From Methanomicrobiales archaeon HGW-Methanomicrobiales-1 (GTDB taxonomy: Archaea; Halobacteriota; Methanomicrobia; Methanomicrobiales; Methanospirillaceae), in contig PGYM01000001.1 in the NCBI GenBank assembly GCA_002839675.1, positions 1,071,602 through 1,095,601 on the forward strand: 24,000 nt of DNA. Reading direction: 5' to 3'. This document shows, piece by piece, positions 8,246-16,392 of this stretch. Position 1 is the stretch's first letter; the number at the start of each line of letters is the position of its first letter. A program made the translations under genes and the position numbers. The notes beneath the pieces are model-generated. The model searched no databases. It was given only the letters and a program-made list of their open reading frames with translations, and was not told the DNA's origin.

Positions 8246-9385
8246 ATGATGGATGCATTTGAGCGTTTCGGGCTGCTCATCAATGATCGGGTAGTCAGGA
8301 CACCGGTGGGAATTGCGTCCATGGCGGGCATTGTTGATGCACCATATGTGATGGAAAGAGCAGAGCATATCGGTTTTGCTTTCATTGGCGGGTATTCGAT
8401 CGATCAGCGGACCATGGATGCTGCCAGGAGCATTGCCGCAAAGGGAGATCGCAGGGAATTTTTGTATGATGACCCGATCGAAGAGTTGACCCGGCAGATC
8501 GCAATGATGGAAAAAAGCACGGTCATCCCGGGAATGAATCTTCGCGGCAGCACTCCGGAAGCATTCAGTGCCATTGCAGCCGCAATCGGTGACAAGGTAG
8601 TGTACGAAATCGATGCTCATTGTCGCCAGCCCGAGATGATAGCAGCAGGGTGCGGAGAGCACTTCTTAAAAAACCCGGACAAGCTTGTTGCAATCATAAA
8701 AGCATTAAAAAGCCATGGCGTTACCGTGTCAGTGAAGATACGGGCGGGTGTGGCAGCGGATGACCGTATCCTTTCCCGGATCCTCTGGAAAGCCGGGGCT
8801 GATATCCTGCATATCGATCTTATGGATTTTGGCCCGGCAAAACTCCGGCAGATCAGGAACAGTTGTCCCCTGATGCTGATTGCCAACAATTCGATCACCA
8901 GTTTTGACAAGATGAAAGAGATGCTCTCGCACGGCGCTGACCTTGTTTCACTCGCACGACAGTCAGATATCCGTACGCTCTCGGGACTGGATGCGGCCAT
9001 CACCCGGTATGCGGATGAAGAGGGTTGGTATAATGCCCCCAAGCAGCTCTGTCGCGGCGGGGATATCCGTTCACTGACATTCTGCTGCATGCCGGTAAAA
9101 GAGTGCCCCCTGATCCCAACACTCACACGCATCGGCATTACCAAGGAACAGTACATACACATGAAACTGGAGGGGGTGAAAGGCACTCCTCTCGACACCG
9201 GCCAGCAGACCTGTTTTGGCAGTCTTGCATGGTGTTGCAAAATCTCATCTCCCTGCATGTTCCGGGATATGACTATCCAGCAGACCGGTCTTTCAAAGAA
9301 AGAATATATGCGTCTCAAACGCGATCTCTCTGAAACGCTGATGAGCGGTGTCTTTCATGACGTGCCTACCGATGAGAGCAGCTGA
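8246..9385 (+). CDS. Fusion of a DUS/DHOD-like FMN-binding TIM barrel (archaeal FMN-binding family) with a C-terminal duplicated Cys-motif domain (resembles methanogenesis marker domain 9)
   Basis: The N-terminal ~255 aa include VRTPVGIASMAGI, EIDAHCRQPEM..AGCGE..LKNPDKL...IKALK, VSVKIRAG and ADILHIDLMD. This follows the dihydrouridine-synthase-like beta/alpha barrel pattern. The C-terminal ~115 aa carry two copies of C-x6-10-CC-x5-C (LCRGGDIRSLTFCCMPVKEC and TCFGSLAWCCKISSPC). Confidence 0.7.
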   Translation: MMDAFERFGLLINDRVVRTPVGIASMAGIVDAPYVMERAEHIGFAFIGGYSIDQRTMDAARSIAAKGDRREFLYDDPIEELTRQIAMMEKSTVIPGMNLRGSTPEAFSAIAAAIGDKVVYEIDAHCRQPEMIAAGCGEHFLKNPDKLVAIIKALKSHGVTVSVKIRAGVAADDRILSRILWKAGADILHIDLMDFGPAKLRQIRNSCPLMLIANNSITSFDKMKEMLSHGADLVSLARQSDIRTLSGLDAAITRYADEEGWYNAPKQLCRGGDIRSLTFCCMPVKECPLIPTLTRIGITKEQYIHMKLEGVKGTPLDTGQQTCFGSLAWCCKISSPCMFRDMTIQQTGLSKKEYMRLKRDLSETLMSGVFHDVPTDESS

Positions 9386-10178
9386 ACGGGCCCAGCTTGC
9401 CATGATGCTGGAAGTGTGCGCATTTCCCAAGCCCGGTAATGTCGATCGCTGCCACGATTATCCTGAAACACGTCTCGAACATTTTCTTGCATCCACGATC
9501 TTTGCACGCCCGGCACTTGAAGAAGCGGAAAAAGGCGAAGGCAGGATCGGCGAGATCATTCGGCATGCGGTCCAGCAGACCAATTGTCACAAAGGGGGAA
9601 ACACTCATTTTGGTGCATTCATTCTCCTCATTCCCCTTATTTATGGCAGTTCCATTGAAGGAGCAATGAAAGCCATAGAAAAAACAGATACCTCGGATGC
9701 TGTCGCTTTTTACCGGGCATTCGGCCTTACAAAAGTCCACACCTATTCTGATGATGAACTGGATGTGAATGACCCGAAATCCCTTGCGGAGTTGCGGGAT
9801 CGCGGGATGACATTATTGGATGTCATGCAGCATTCTGCTGAGCATGATATGGTGGCACGCGAGTGGGTAACCGGGTTTCCGCTGACCCGGCGGGGTGCAG
9901 ATCTCTTGAAACACTTCGGACCGGGACGGGATTCTATTGTCCAGATGTTCATAACTCTTCTTGCCCAGGAACCGGATACCTTCATTATCAAGAAGCATGG
10001 TACAATCGTTGCACAGGATACGATGCGCAAAGCCCGTGAAGTGCTTGATGGTAATGAGACCCTTGCAGGATTTGACCAGGACTGCATTGACAGGAATATC
10101 AACCCGGGCTCGATTGCCGATATAACGATAGCGGCGATTTTTATTGCCCTGGGAGAAGGATGGGAATGGGACTCTTAA
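9357..10178 (+). CDS. CitG-like protein (triphosphoribosyl-dephospho-CoA synthase family homologue)
   Basis: It carries the family signature LEVCAFPKPGNVDR near the N-terminus. The ORF opens at GTG 9348. The ATGs at 9357 (GGTG 6 nt upstream) and 9372 are alternative starts. Every option overlaps the upstream gene end (9385). Confidence 0.75.
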   Translation: MTCLPMRAAERAQLAMMLEVCAFPKPGNVDRCHDYPETRLEHFLASTIFARPALEEAEKGEGRIGEIIRHAVQQTNCHKGGNTHFGAFILLIPLIYGSSIEGAMKAIEKTDTSDAVAFYRAFGLTKVHTYSDDELDVNDPKSLAELRDRGMTLLDVMQHSAEHDMVAREWVTGFPLTRRGADLLKHFGPGRDSIVQMFITLLAQEPDTFIIKKHGTIVAQDTMRKAREVLDGNETLAGFDQDCIDRNINPGSIADITIAAIFIALGEGWEWDS

Positions 10179-10720
10179 AACCGGGTATTAACGAAGTTAT
10201 TGCAACAACCGGGTTCAACGCAGCTCCCATGGGCATCATTTTCCGGAAAGGTGTGGCAAGAATGGTGCTGTTTTCCGGCACCCACACCGCAAATAATATT
10301 GAGAAAAACGGCTGGGTTGTGGCAAATTTTGTATATGACCCCATCCTGTACGTTACAACGGCCTTTGGGGATATCCCGCAGGACGCTTTTTCTGAAGAGA
10401 TAATCAATGGCAGGAAAATGCACCGGCTCAAGGATGCGGATGCATGGGCTGCGTTCACGGCCACGGTTGATAAAAAGACCTCCGAGGCGCTGATGGTCAC
10501 CCTCACGCTCCAGAAAGAGATCATCGAAGAAGTGTCTGTGCACCCGGTGAACCGCGGTTTTAACAGCATCATCGATATGACGGTGCATGCTACCAGATAC
10601 CAGGTGAACCGCGATCCTGAACTAAAAAAGCAGATCGATTACCATGCAGGAATTGTCAGAAAGTGCGGGGGAAAACAGGAACATGCAGCACTGGAACTTC
10701 TTCTGAACTATATTTCATGA
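10160..10720 (+). CDS. DUF447-like protein (predicted flavin-binding split-barrel type), function unknown
   Basis: The N-terminal pattern NEVIATTGFNAAPMGIIF matches my recollection of the DUF447 family (E.I.TT....NAAPMG). The start overlaps the CitG-like stop by 19 nt. Confidence 0.65.
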   Translation: MGMGLLKPGINEVIATTGFNAAPMGIIFRKGVARMVLFSGTHTANNIEKNGWVVANFVYDPILYVTTAFGDIPQDAFSEEIINGRKMHRLKDADAWAAFTATVDKKTSEALMVTLTLQKEIIEEVSVHPVNRGFNSIIDMTVHATRYQVNRDPELKKQIDYHAGIVRKCGGKQEHAALELLLNYIS

Positions 10721-10876
10721 TTCCCTGTTGAGAGACTTTTTTCTCATAAAAACCACATTTGCATTTCCGGTTAACCACTACGGTTTTATATTACCCAACT
10801 GCAACTCACTATATCTGCGCCCGACTTCGGTTATAACGTGGATGCGGCGAAAAAACCATTTCAGAGGCAGGATACC

Positions 10877-12223
10877 ATGCGCCCTATCAGCAAGGAAAAA
10901 AAGTTTATCTATGATATATTCATCATCATCAGCGTTCTTGCCTCGATAGGAATAACGTACCTCTCCATATCCCGGGGAATTTACGATGTATTCCCTTACT
11001 TCTACCTGATTCCGGTTGTGCTCATCTCCTTTACCCGGCCAAAGATCAGCATCTTTATTACAGTATTTGTCGGGTGGCTCTACATCGCCCTTGTATATTC
11101 CCTGGGTCTCCCGGATACCGGCATATTTGCACGGGCAACCGTGTGGTTCTTTATTTTCGTTTCCATCGGGGTTCTCATTTCGACCTATTCCCGGGAATAC
11201 CGTAAAGAAGGCGAACGGAGCTGTGGATCATTTTTCAACTCGCAGGCGGGGGTATTCGGTTATAACCGGGAAACACTGCTGATCATTGATCCAAACCGGA
11301 AATTTTCCCAGTTCATCGGCTATGAATGCGATGAACTTTTGTTAAAGACGCTGCCTGAGATCATCACCGATACAACAGAACGTGAATTGTTCCTGTCCCA
11401 AGTGCGGGATAAACGAAAGGTTGGAGACATTGAGGTCCGATTTTCCTGTGCAGACGGAAGTAAACGCTGGGCACTGGCATCAGCTACCGATTGCGCTGAA
11501 CCGGCAATTCTCTGTACGGTTGTCGATATTACCGAACAAAAGCAGGCCCAGGATGCCCTCCGCCTTGCAAACCGGAAACTCAATCTGCTCAATAATGTTA
11601 CCCGGCATGATATTCTCAACCAGCTGACAGCGCTCATCGGGTATCTCGAAATATCCCGGGAGGAAGAAAAAGATCCCCGGTTACTGTCCTATGTGACCAA
11701 GGAAGAACAGGCAGCAAATGCCATTCGTCACCAGATCCTGTTCACCCGTGACTACCAGAATATCGGGGTTCATTCTCCCCAATGGTATAATATTGGTGAG
11801 ACAGTCTCACTGGTGATGGCAACTCTCGAAATCCGTCATATCAGGGTTACGATGAATATCGCATCCATTGAAATTTATGCGGATCCGTTACTGGAGAAAG
11901 TATTTTACAACCTGATTGAAAACTCCCTCCGTCATGGGGAACGGGTGACTGAGATAGAGATCATTTCAGAAACGGTTAATGACGGCATCAATATTATTAT
12001 CAGCGACAATGGCACAGGAATTCCTGACGATGCCAAAGAACAGATCTTCCGGAGAGCATATTTCAAACATACCGGATTCGGCCTCTTTTTGACCCGTGAA
12101 ATCCTTGCGATCACCAACCTGACAATCACGGAAAACGGAGTCTTTGGAAAGGGAGCCCGGTTTGTGATCCATGCACCCCCGGGAACATATCGTTCCATTC
12201 TGGGAAATGACACTATAGTATAA
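10877..12223 (+). CDS. Membrane-bound PAS sensor histidine kinase
   Basis: It has four predicted N-terminal TM helices and a PAS domain (...CTVVDITEQKQAQDAL). It also has an archaeal-type H-box (LNNVTRHDILNQLTAL) and an HATPase_c domain (N-box YNLIENSLRHG, G-boxes SDNGTGIP and GFGLFL). The ORF opens at GTG 10838, but ATG 10877 (MRPISKEKK) is the likelier start. Confidence 0.85.
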   Translation: MRPISKEKKFIYDIFIIISVLASIGITYLSISRGIYDVFPYFYLIPVVLISFTRPKISIFITVFVGWLYIALVYSLGLPDTGIFARATVWFFIFVSIGVLISTYSREYRKEGERSCGSFFNSQAGVFGYNRETLLIIDPNRKFSQFIGYECDELLLKTLPEIITDTTERELFLSQVRDKRKVGDIEVRFSCADGSKRWALASATDCAEPAILCTVVDITEQKQAQDALRLANRKLNLLNNVTRHDILNQLTALIGYLEISREEEKDPRLLSYVTKEEQAANAIRHQILFTRDYQNIGVHSPQWYNIGETVSLVMATLEIRHIRVTMNIASIEIYADPLLEKVFYNLIENSLRHGERVTEIEIISETVNDGINIIISDNGTGIPDDAKEQIFRRAYFKHTGFGLFLTREILAITNLTITENGVFGKGARFVIHAPPGTYRSILGNDTIV

Positions 12224-12305
12224 TCCTAAAAAAGAGAGCGGACATTGCCTTAAAAAAGTGTGAATATTGTTTCGGATTACAGGTTTTATTAAAAAGGGGA
12301 AGTAA

Positions 12306-13301
12306 TCAGCACACACGGGGTACTGGATCACCCATGGGCGGTTCAATGAATCGTTCTCCCCCAATGGATGTTTCCATTATAACATGGGAACCTTTTGTTA
12401 CAGTCCCGATTACCGTAGCTTCTCTTCCGTATTTGTGCGACCGGAGGGCTGCAAGGATTGCATCCACGCTGGATGCCGGAACACCCATCACTACCTTCCC
12501 CTCATTTGCCACCTCAAGCGGATCGATACCCAGCATGCCGGCTGCACTTTTTACATTCTTACGAATGGGCACTCTTTCTTCCTGGATACGAACACAAACC
12601 CCACTTTTTCTGGCCATTTCATTGATAGCAGCCGCAAATCCGCCGCGTGTCGGATCCTTCATCGCATGAATGGTACCTGCATCAAGGGCTTTATCAACCA
12701 TATTCCAGAGCGGCGCTACATCGGACTTGATCTGCTCCCCGAGATCAAATCCCTCGCGGTGTGCCATAATTGCCAGACCGTGATCGCCGAGGGTGCCGGA
12801 AACGATGATCACATCACCGGGCATAAGACCATTGTCCCGGACAATGGTTTTTGCTATGCCGATACCGGCAGTATTGATTGCTATGCCATCAATAGCACCC
12901 TTCTCCATAACTTTTGTGTCACCGGTGACGAGGTTCGCCCCGCATTCCCCAAGGGCATCATCCATAGATACAACAATCTTTGCGAGATCATCGATCTCAA
13001 ATCCCTCTTCAATGATCATGCCACAGGAGAGTGCGATTGGACGACCGCCCATCATTGCAAGATCATTGACGGTTCCGCAGACAGAAATTCTGCCGATGTC
13101 GCCCCCGGGGAAAAAGACCGGACGGACAACATGGGAATCTGTGGTAAAAACAATATTTTGTCCATTTAACGGGATGACGGCCCCGTCATCCAGCGCCTCA
13201 AGTCCAATACCTCCGGCATTATTATGTTTGAACTTCGTGAGCGTTTGTAAAAGTTCGCCCATAACTTCTCCACCGGCTCCGTGCATTATATTGACTTTCA
13301 T
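12306..13301 (-). CDS. hypE: [NiFe]-hydrogenase maturation protein HypE (carbamoyl dehydratase)
   Basis: The 331-aa ORF has an AIR-synthase-related fold (LDDGAVI, TTDSHVV.P.FFPGGDIG, GTVNDLAMMG) and the diagnostic C-terminal PRVC tail. Confidence 0.95.
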   Translation of the reverse strand: MKVNIMHGAGGEVMGELLQTLTKFKHNNAGGIGLEALDDGAVIPLNGQNIVFTTDSHVVRPVFFPGGDIGRISVCGTVNDLAMMGGRPIALSCGMIIEEGFEIDDLAKIVVSMDDALGECGANLVTGDTKVMEKGAIDGIAINTAGIGIAKTIVRDNGLMPGDVIIVSGTLGDHGLAIMAHREGFDLGEQIKSDVAPLWNMVDKALDAGTIHAMKDPTRGGFAAAINEMARKSGVCVRIQEERVPIRKNVKSAAGMLGIDPLEVANEGKVVMGVPASSVDAILAALRSHKYGREATVIGTVTKGSHVIMETSIGGERFIEPPMGDPVPRVC

Positions 13302-13639
13302 TAATCATCAACCTCAATTTCAATATTTGTAACAACAATTTCTCTGCCTTTTACCATGTGGGGCAGTGCCCCACACCCGGGACAGACATAAATTTCTTCA
13401 CCAGAATATCCACAAGGGCATGTAGTCTGGGGAGTGACTTCGGTACAGACGAGCTCTGTTTTTTCAAAAAGAGGATCATCTTCTTTGATCGTTCCAAACA
13501 AAAAAGTTACCTGCTCCGGATTTACCATCGCCATCTTACCGACATCAACGCTGATTCGTTTCACTTGTTTTGCATTATTTTCAAGTGCAGCCTTGCGTGC
13601 AGTTGCGTACAGATCATAGGCAATGGATAACTCGTGCAT
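13301..13639 (-). CDS. hypA: [NiFe]-hydrogenase nickel-insertion protein HypA
   Basis: It has the MHELS N-terminus (nickel site) and a C-terminal zinc-ribbon Cys set. The ATG at 13639 overlaps the hypC TGA by 1 nt, with GGAGGAG just upstream. The track ORF begins at GTG 13642. The stop overlaps the hypE ATG (TAATG). Confidence 0.85.
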   Translation of the reverse strand: MHELSIAYDLYATARKAALENNAKQVKRISVDVGKMAMVNPEQVTFLFGTIKEDDPLFEKTELVCTEVTPQTTCPCGYSGEEIYVCPGCGALPHMVKGREIVVTNIEIEVDD

Positions 13640-13863
13640 CACTCCTCCAGCGCAGCATAGACCTGTTTGAAAATTTCCCGGGTCTCAAGACCCTCTTCCC
13701 GGGAAAGCCGCTGGATTGCAAACCCGACATGGACTAAGACAAATTCGCCGACTTTAACATCCACGAGATCCAGTCTCACCTCCTGTTTGAGATCGCCATA
13801 ATCGACAAGACCAATATTTCCCTCTTTGATTTCAAGCACTTCTGCGGGAACTGCAACACACAT
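13639..13863 (-). CDS. hypC: [NiFe]-hydrogenase maturation chaperone HypC
   Basis: The 74-aa ORF has the invariant MCVAVP N-terminus (Cys2) and the HypC/HupF OB-fold size. Confidence 0.9.
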   Translation of the reverse strand: MCVAVPAEVLEIKEGNIGLVDYGDLKQEVRLDLVDVKVGEFVLVHVGFAIQRLSREEGLETREIFKQVYAALEE

Positions 13864-13900
13864 CGATAATCCTCTTTGATCTAGCTATTCCGTACTGTGG

Positions 13901-13913
13901 GTGGTTCAACCAC
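13901..13913. promoter_or_regulatory. Palindrome GTGGTT-C-AACCAC immediately downstream of a TTTTTAT TATA-like element upstream of hypC (candidate operator)
   Basis: Read on the minus strand, the sequence is TTTTTATGTGGTTGAACCACCCACAG...(about 35 nt)...ATG(hypC). A palindrome abutting the TATA box is the usual position for archaeal repressor binding. Confidence 0.3.
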
Positions 13914-14075
13914 ATAAAAACAGTGATATTGATACAGGATAGCATTTTTTGAATAATCAAAAGGAATTCCCAGAATTCATGGCGTTTCCGGCATCATCTT
14001 TGACAGGAAAGGGAAATAGTGAAACGAGAATTAAAATTCAGACACCCAAGATTTTTTTTAAAAGAAGAACAGGAA

Positions 14076-14159
14076 CGCCGGGGAAGAGATTTGAACTCTT
14101 GAGGTGCAGGCACCAGTAGCTTTCAAGGCTACCGCCTTCCCGGACTAGACTACCCCGGC
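14076..14159 (-). tRNA. tRNA-Ser (anticodon UGA), long variable arm, CCA not encoded
   Basis: The reverse complement has acceptor stem GCCGGGG/CCCCGGC. The anticodon stem is GUAGC/GCUAC with loop CUUGAAA (anticodon UGA). The variable arm is GGUGC-CU-GCACC (class II), the T arm is AAGAG-UUCAAAU-CUCUU, and the discriminator is G. Confidence 0.9.
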
Positions 14160-14257
14160 AGTGCTCCATATGTTGGGCGTAGTATGTAAAAAAGGCTTCT
14201 TAATCCAGGTATGATTAAGCCCAAGGTCGACCAAGGGTGTTTTCCCGTATGAGCGGG

Positions 14258-15340
14258 TTATTTTCGCGAAATAAAGATTGCAATGCCGGCTGCCACCAGA
14301 CCAGCGAAAGGAAATAACGGGGACTGTGGTGTTTCGGTTGGAGTCTGGGGAACAGTTACTGCAAACACTGCAGGTACCGTTGGACTCACGAGAACGGAGT
14401 TGACATTTTCTGCATAGAGGAACACTTCACTGCGATCGGCATACGTGTAAGGATATATTTTTACATAAATGGTTTTTCCCTTACCAAGGAATTCAGCTCT
14501 TTCCGGGTTGAGTGCCCCCTGATTATTTTCCATATGGAGAACACCCTTGTCATCCACATATTCGATCACCCAGTCAATGGATGACGAGGTATGCAGGATG
14601 ACCGGCCCGGACACAGTCCTCACAATAAAATATGCCGGTGTATCACGCGAGGATTTTGCATGTGCGGAGAATACCGGGGGCGTGGTCGCTGTTGCCATAG
14701 GGATAAAACTTGTTGTGGTTTCTCCCGAAATGGAGACCGTGCGTGTTCCAATGAAACCTTTCGCATCGGTAAAACTCACTTCATAATCCCCGGGCCCTGT
14801 TATAGAAACATCTGCAGAAAAGCCCCCGGCGTTGTTGGTGTTTATATAACTGGGTCCAAACACCGCGATATTGTCAGGGCCGATTATCTCAATCTGGACA
14901 CCAGAATTTTCACCGCCCTTTATGGTCCCCGCTATATAGATCTTCCCGTTGAATGCCTGACGGGAGAGAGAAGACATCTCAATTTCATCCGAACGATCGA
15001 TTAGCTGGATTAGGCGCATAGGTTCTGATGAACTGCCCAGACTATTGGCCGGCACCTCAACTTTGTAGGTTCCCTTCTTCAGGCGGGTTGTATCAAAAAA
15101 GGTTTTGAAGGTTTGATCCGGCTGGACATAGACAATCTTACGTTCGATTTCAGCGGTAGATGTCTGCTGGTAATAGAGCACTACATCGATGGGAGTTCCT
15201 ATTCCCAGAGTAGTTGTCCCGGTTACGATGAGGGGTTTTCCGATAGACAGGGATTCCGGGGTATCTATATCAACCTGATATGCCGATACAAATCCCCATA
15301 AAAAGAAAAGTCCTATCATAAAAAGGACGATCTTTTTCAT
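14258..15340 (-). CDS. Secreted or cell-surface protein with an N-terminal signal peptide and a C-terminal Thr/Pro linker + TM + basic tail (archaeosortase-type sorting-signal-like)
   Basis: The signal peptide is MKKIVLFMIGLFFLWGFVSAYQ. The body is beta-rich (repeated ...GDYEVSF / GTYKVEV-type strands). The C-terminus is TPTETPQSPLFPFAGLVAAGIAIFISRK. Confidence 0.7.
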   Translation of the reverse strand: MKKIVLFMIGLFFLWGFVSAYQVDIDTPESLSIGKPLIVTGTTTLGIGTPIDVVLYYQQTSTAEIERKIVYVQPDQTFKTFFDTTRLKKGTYKVEVPANSLGSSSEPMRLIQLIDRSDEIEMSSLSRQAFNGKIYIAGTIKGGENSGVQIEIIGPDNIAVFGPSYINTNNAGGFSADVSITGPGDYEVSFTDAKGFIGTRTVSISGETTTSFIPMATATTPPVFSAHAKSSRDTPAYFIVRTVSGPVILHTSSSIDWVIEYVDDKGVLHMENNQGALNPERAEFLGKGKTIYVKIYPYTYADRSEVFLYAENVNSVLVSPTVPAVFAVTVPQTPTETPQSPLFPFAGLVAAGIAIFISRK

Positions 15341-15362
15341 CTATATAGGATCAACTAATAGG

Positions 15363-16355
15363 ATGTTAATGATTTCTGAACGGATCGAAAAACCCCTTGC
15401 AAGCTGGCGGGGAAAAGAGCGGTACGATAACGAACTGCTGGATTGCCTCACGGTAATTTTTAAAACTGCCGGGTGCACCTGGTCAAAATGCCGGATGTGC
15501 AGTTACCGCCACGAGCGGTACGATAAGCAATCATGCGAAAAACTTGCTGAACACCTGTCAGCCCAGCTTGCCTGGGTAAAAAACGAGTTCAAACCCGAGG
15601 ATTACCGGATGGTTAAGATCTTCACATCAGGAAGTTTTTTTGATCCTGCTGAAGTACCGGCAGCATTTCTGGGGGAAGTTGCAAAATATTTCCGCGGCAA
15701 ACTGGTAATCGCCGAGACCCGGCCGGAGTTTGTCGATTCTGACGTGATCCGTACATTCATTGAAAACCTTGACGATGGTACCTGGAAAAAACCGCTCTAT
15801 TGTGCGGTCGGGCTGGAAACGAGCAGCGATCCCATCCGGGAAAAATGCATCAACAAGGGCTTTACCTATGCAGAATTTACAGCAGCAGTATCACGAGCCA
15901 AAGCAGCAGGAGCAGGTATCAAGGCATACCTCCTGTTCAAACCGCTCTTTTTAACGGAGAAAGAGTCGCTTGATGATATGAAACAGTCAATCCGCGATGC
16001 AGCTTCACATACCGAAATGATCTCGATGAACCCCTGCACAGTTCAGCGGAGAACTGAACTTGAATTTTACTGGAAGCGGGGCGCATACCGCCCGCCCTAT
16101 CTCTGGAGTGTTCTTACCCTTCTCAAAGATGCCCCGGTTCATATGACCTGCGATCCGCTCGGTGGCGGGCAAAAACGGGGACCCCATAACTGCGGTACCT
16201 GTGATTATGATCTGGTCAAAGGCATCCGCGACTATTCCTTAAATGCAGACAGGGAGTTGATCAATGCCCTGTTAGAAACACCCTGTGAATGCAAAAAAGA
16301 GTGGGAGTACGTTCTGGCGCATGAAACGCCATTCTGCATGCCACTGACCCGTTGA
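15363..16355 (+). CDS. ELP3-like radical SAM protein of the archaeal RaSEA family (archaeosine biosynthesis partner of ArcS), tentative
   Basis: The 330-aa ORF has a Cys triad C-x4-C-x2-C (AGCTWSKCRMCSY), as in ELP3-type radical SAM enzymes. Archaeal-only family features include FTSGSFFD and a C-terminal Cys-rich tail (HNCGTCDYD, CECKKEW). The specific RaSEA assignment comes from memory of the family, not from a search. Confidence 0.55.
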   Translation: MLMISERIEKPLASWRGKERYDNELLDCLTVIFKTAGCTWSKCRMCSYRHERYDKQSCEKLAEHLSAQLAWVKNEFKPEDYRMVKIFTSGSFFDPAEVPAAFLGEVAKYFRGKLVIAETRPEFVDSDVIRTFIENLDDGTWKKPLYCAVGLETSSDPIREKCINKGFTYAEFTAAVSRAKAAGAGIKAYLLFKPLFLTEKESLDDMKQSIRDAASHTEMISMNPCTVQRRTELEFYWKRGAYRPPYLWSVLTLLKDAPVHMTCDPLGGGQKRGPHNCGTCDYDLVKGIRDYSLNADRELINALLETPCECKKEWEYVLAHETPFCMPLTR

Positions 16356-16372
16356 ATAAAATCGATCCGGTT

Positions 16373-16392
16373 AAAAAAAATATTATTTTTTT
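16373..16392. terminator. Bidirectional oligo-A/oligo-T terminator candidate between convergent genes
   Basis: The sequence is AAAAAAAA-TATTA-TTTTTTT. The T7 run lies downstream of the + strand gene (stop 16353..16355). The A8 run reads as T8 on the minus strand, just downstream of the minus-strand gene stop (16383..16385). Confidence 0.4.

Noticed and set aside
8617-9318. 233-aa minus-strand ORF
   Set aside because: It is fully antisense to the well-supported FMN-barrel/Cys-motif gene. Its Arg/Ser/Cys-rich composition is typical of antisense frames.
12384-13169. 261-aa and 179-aa + strand ORFs (12384..13169 and 12793..13332)
   Set aside because: They are antisense to hypE, whose identity is unambiguous (PRVC tail and AIR-synthase-like motifs).
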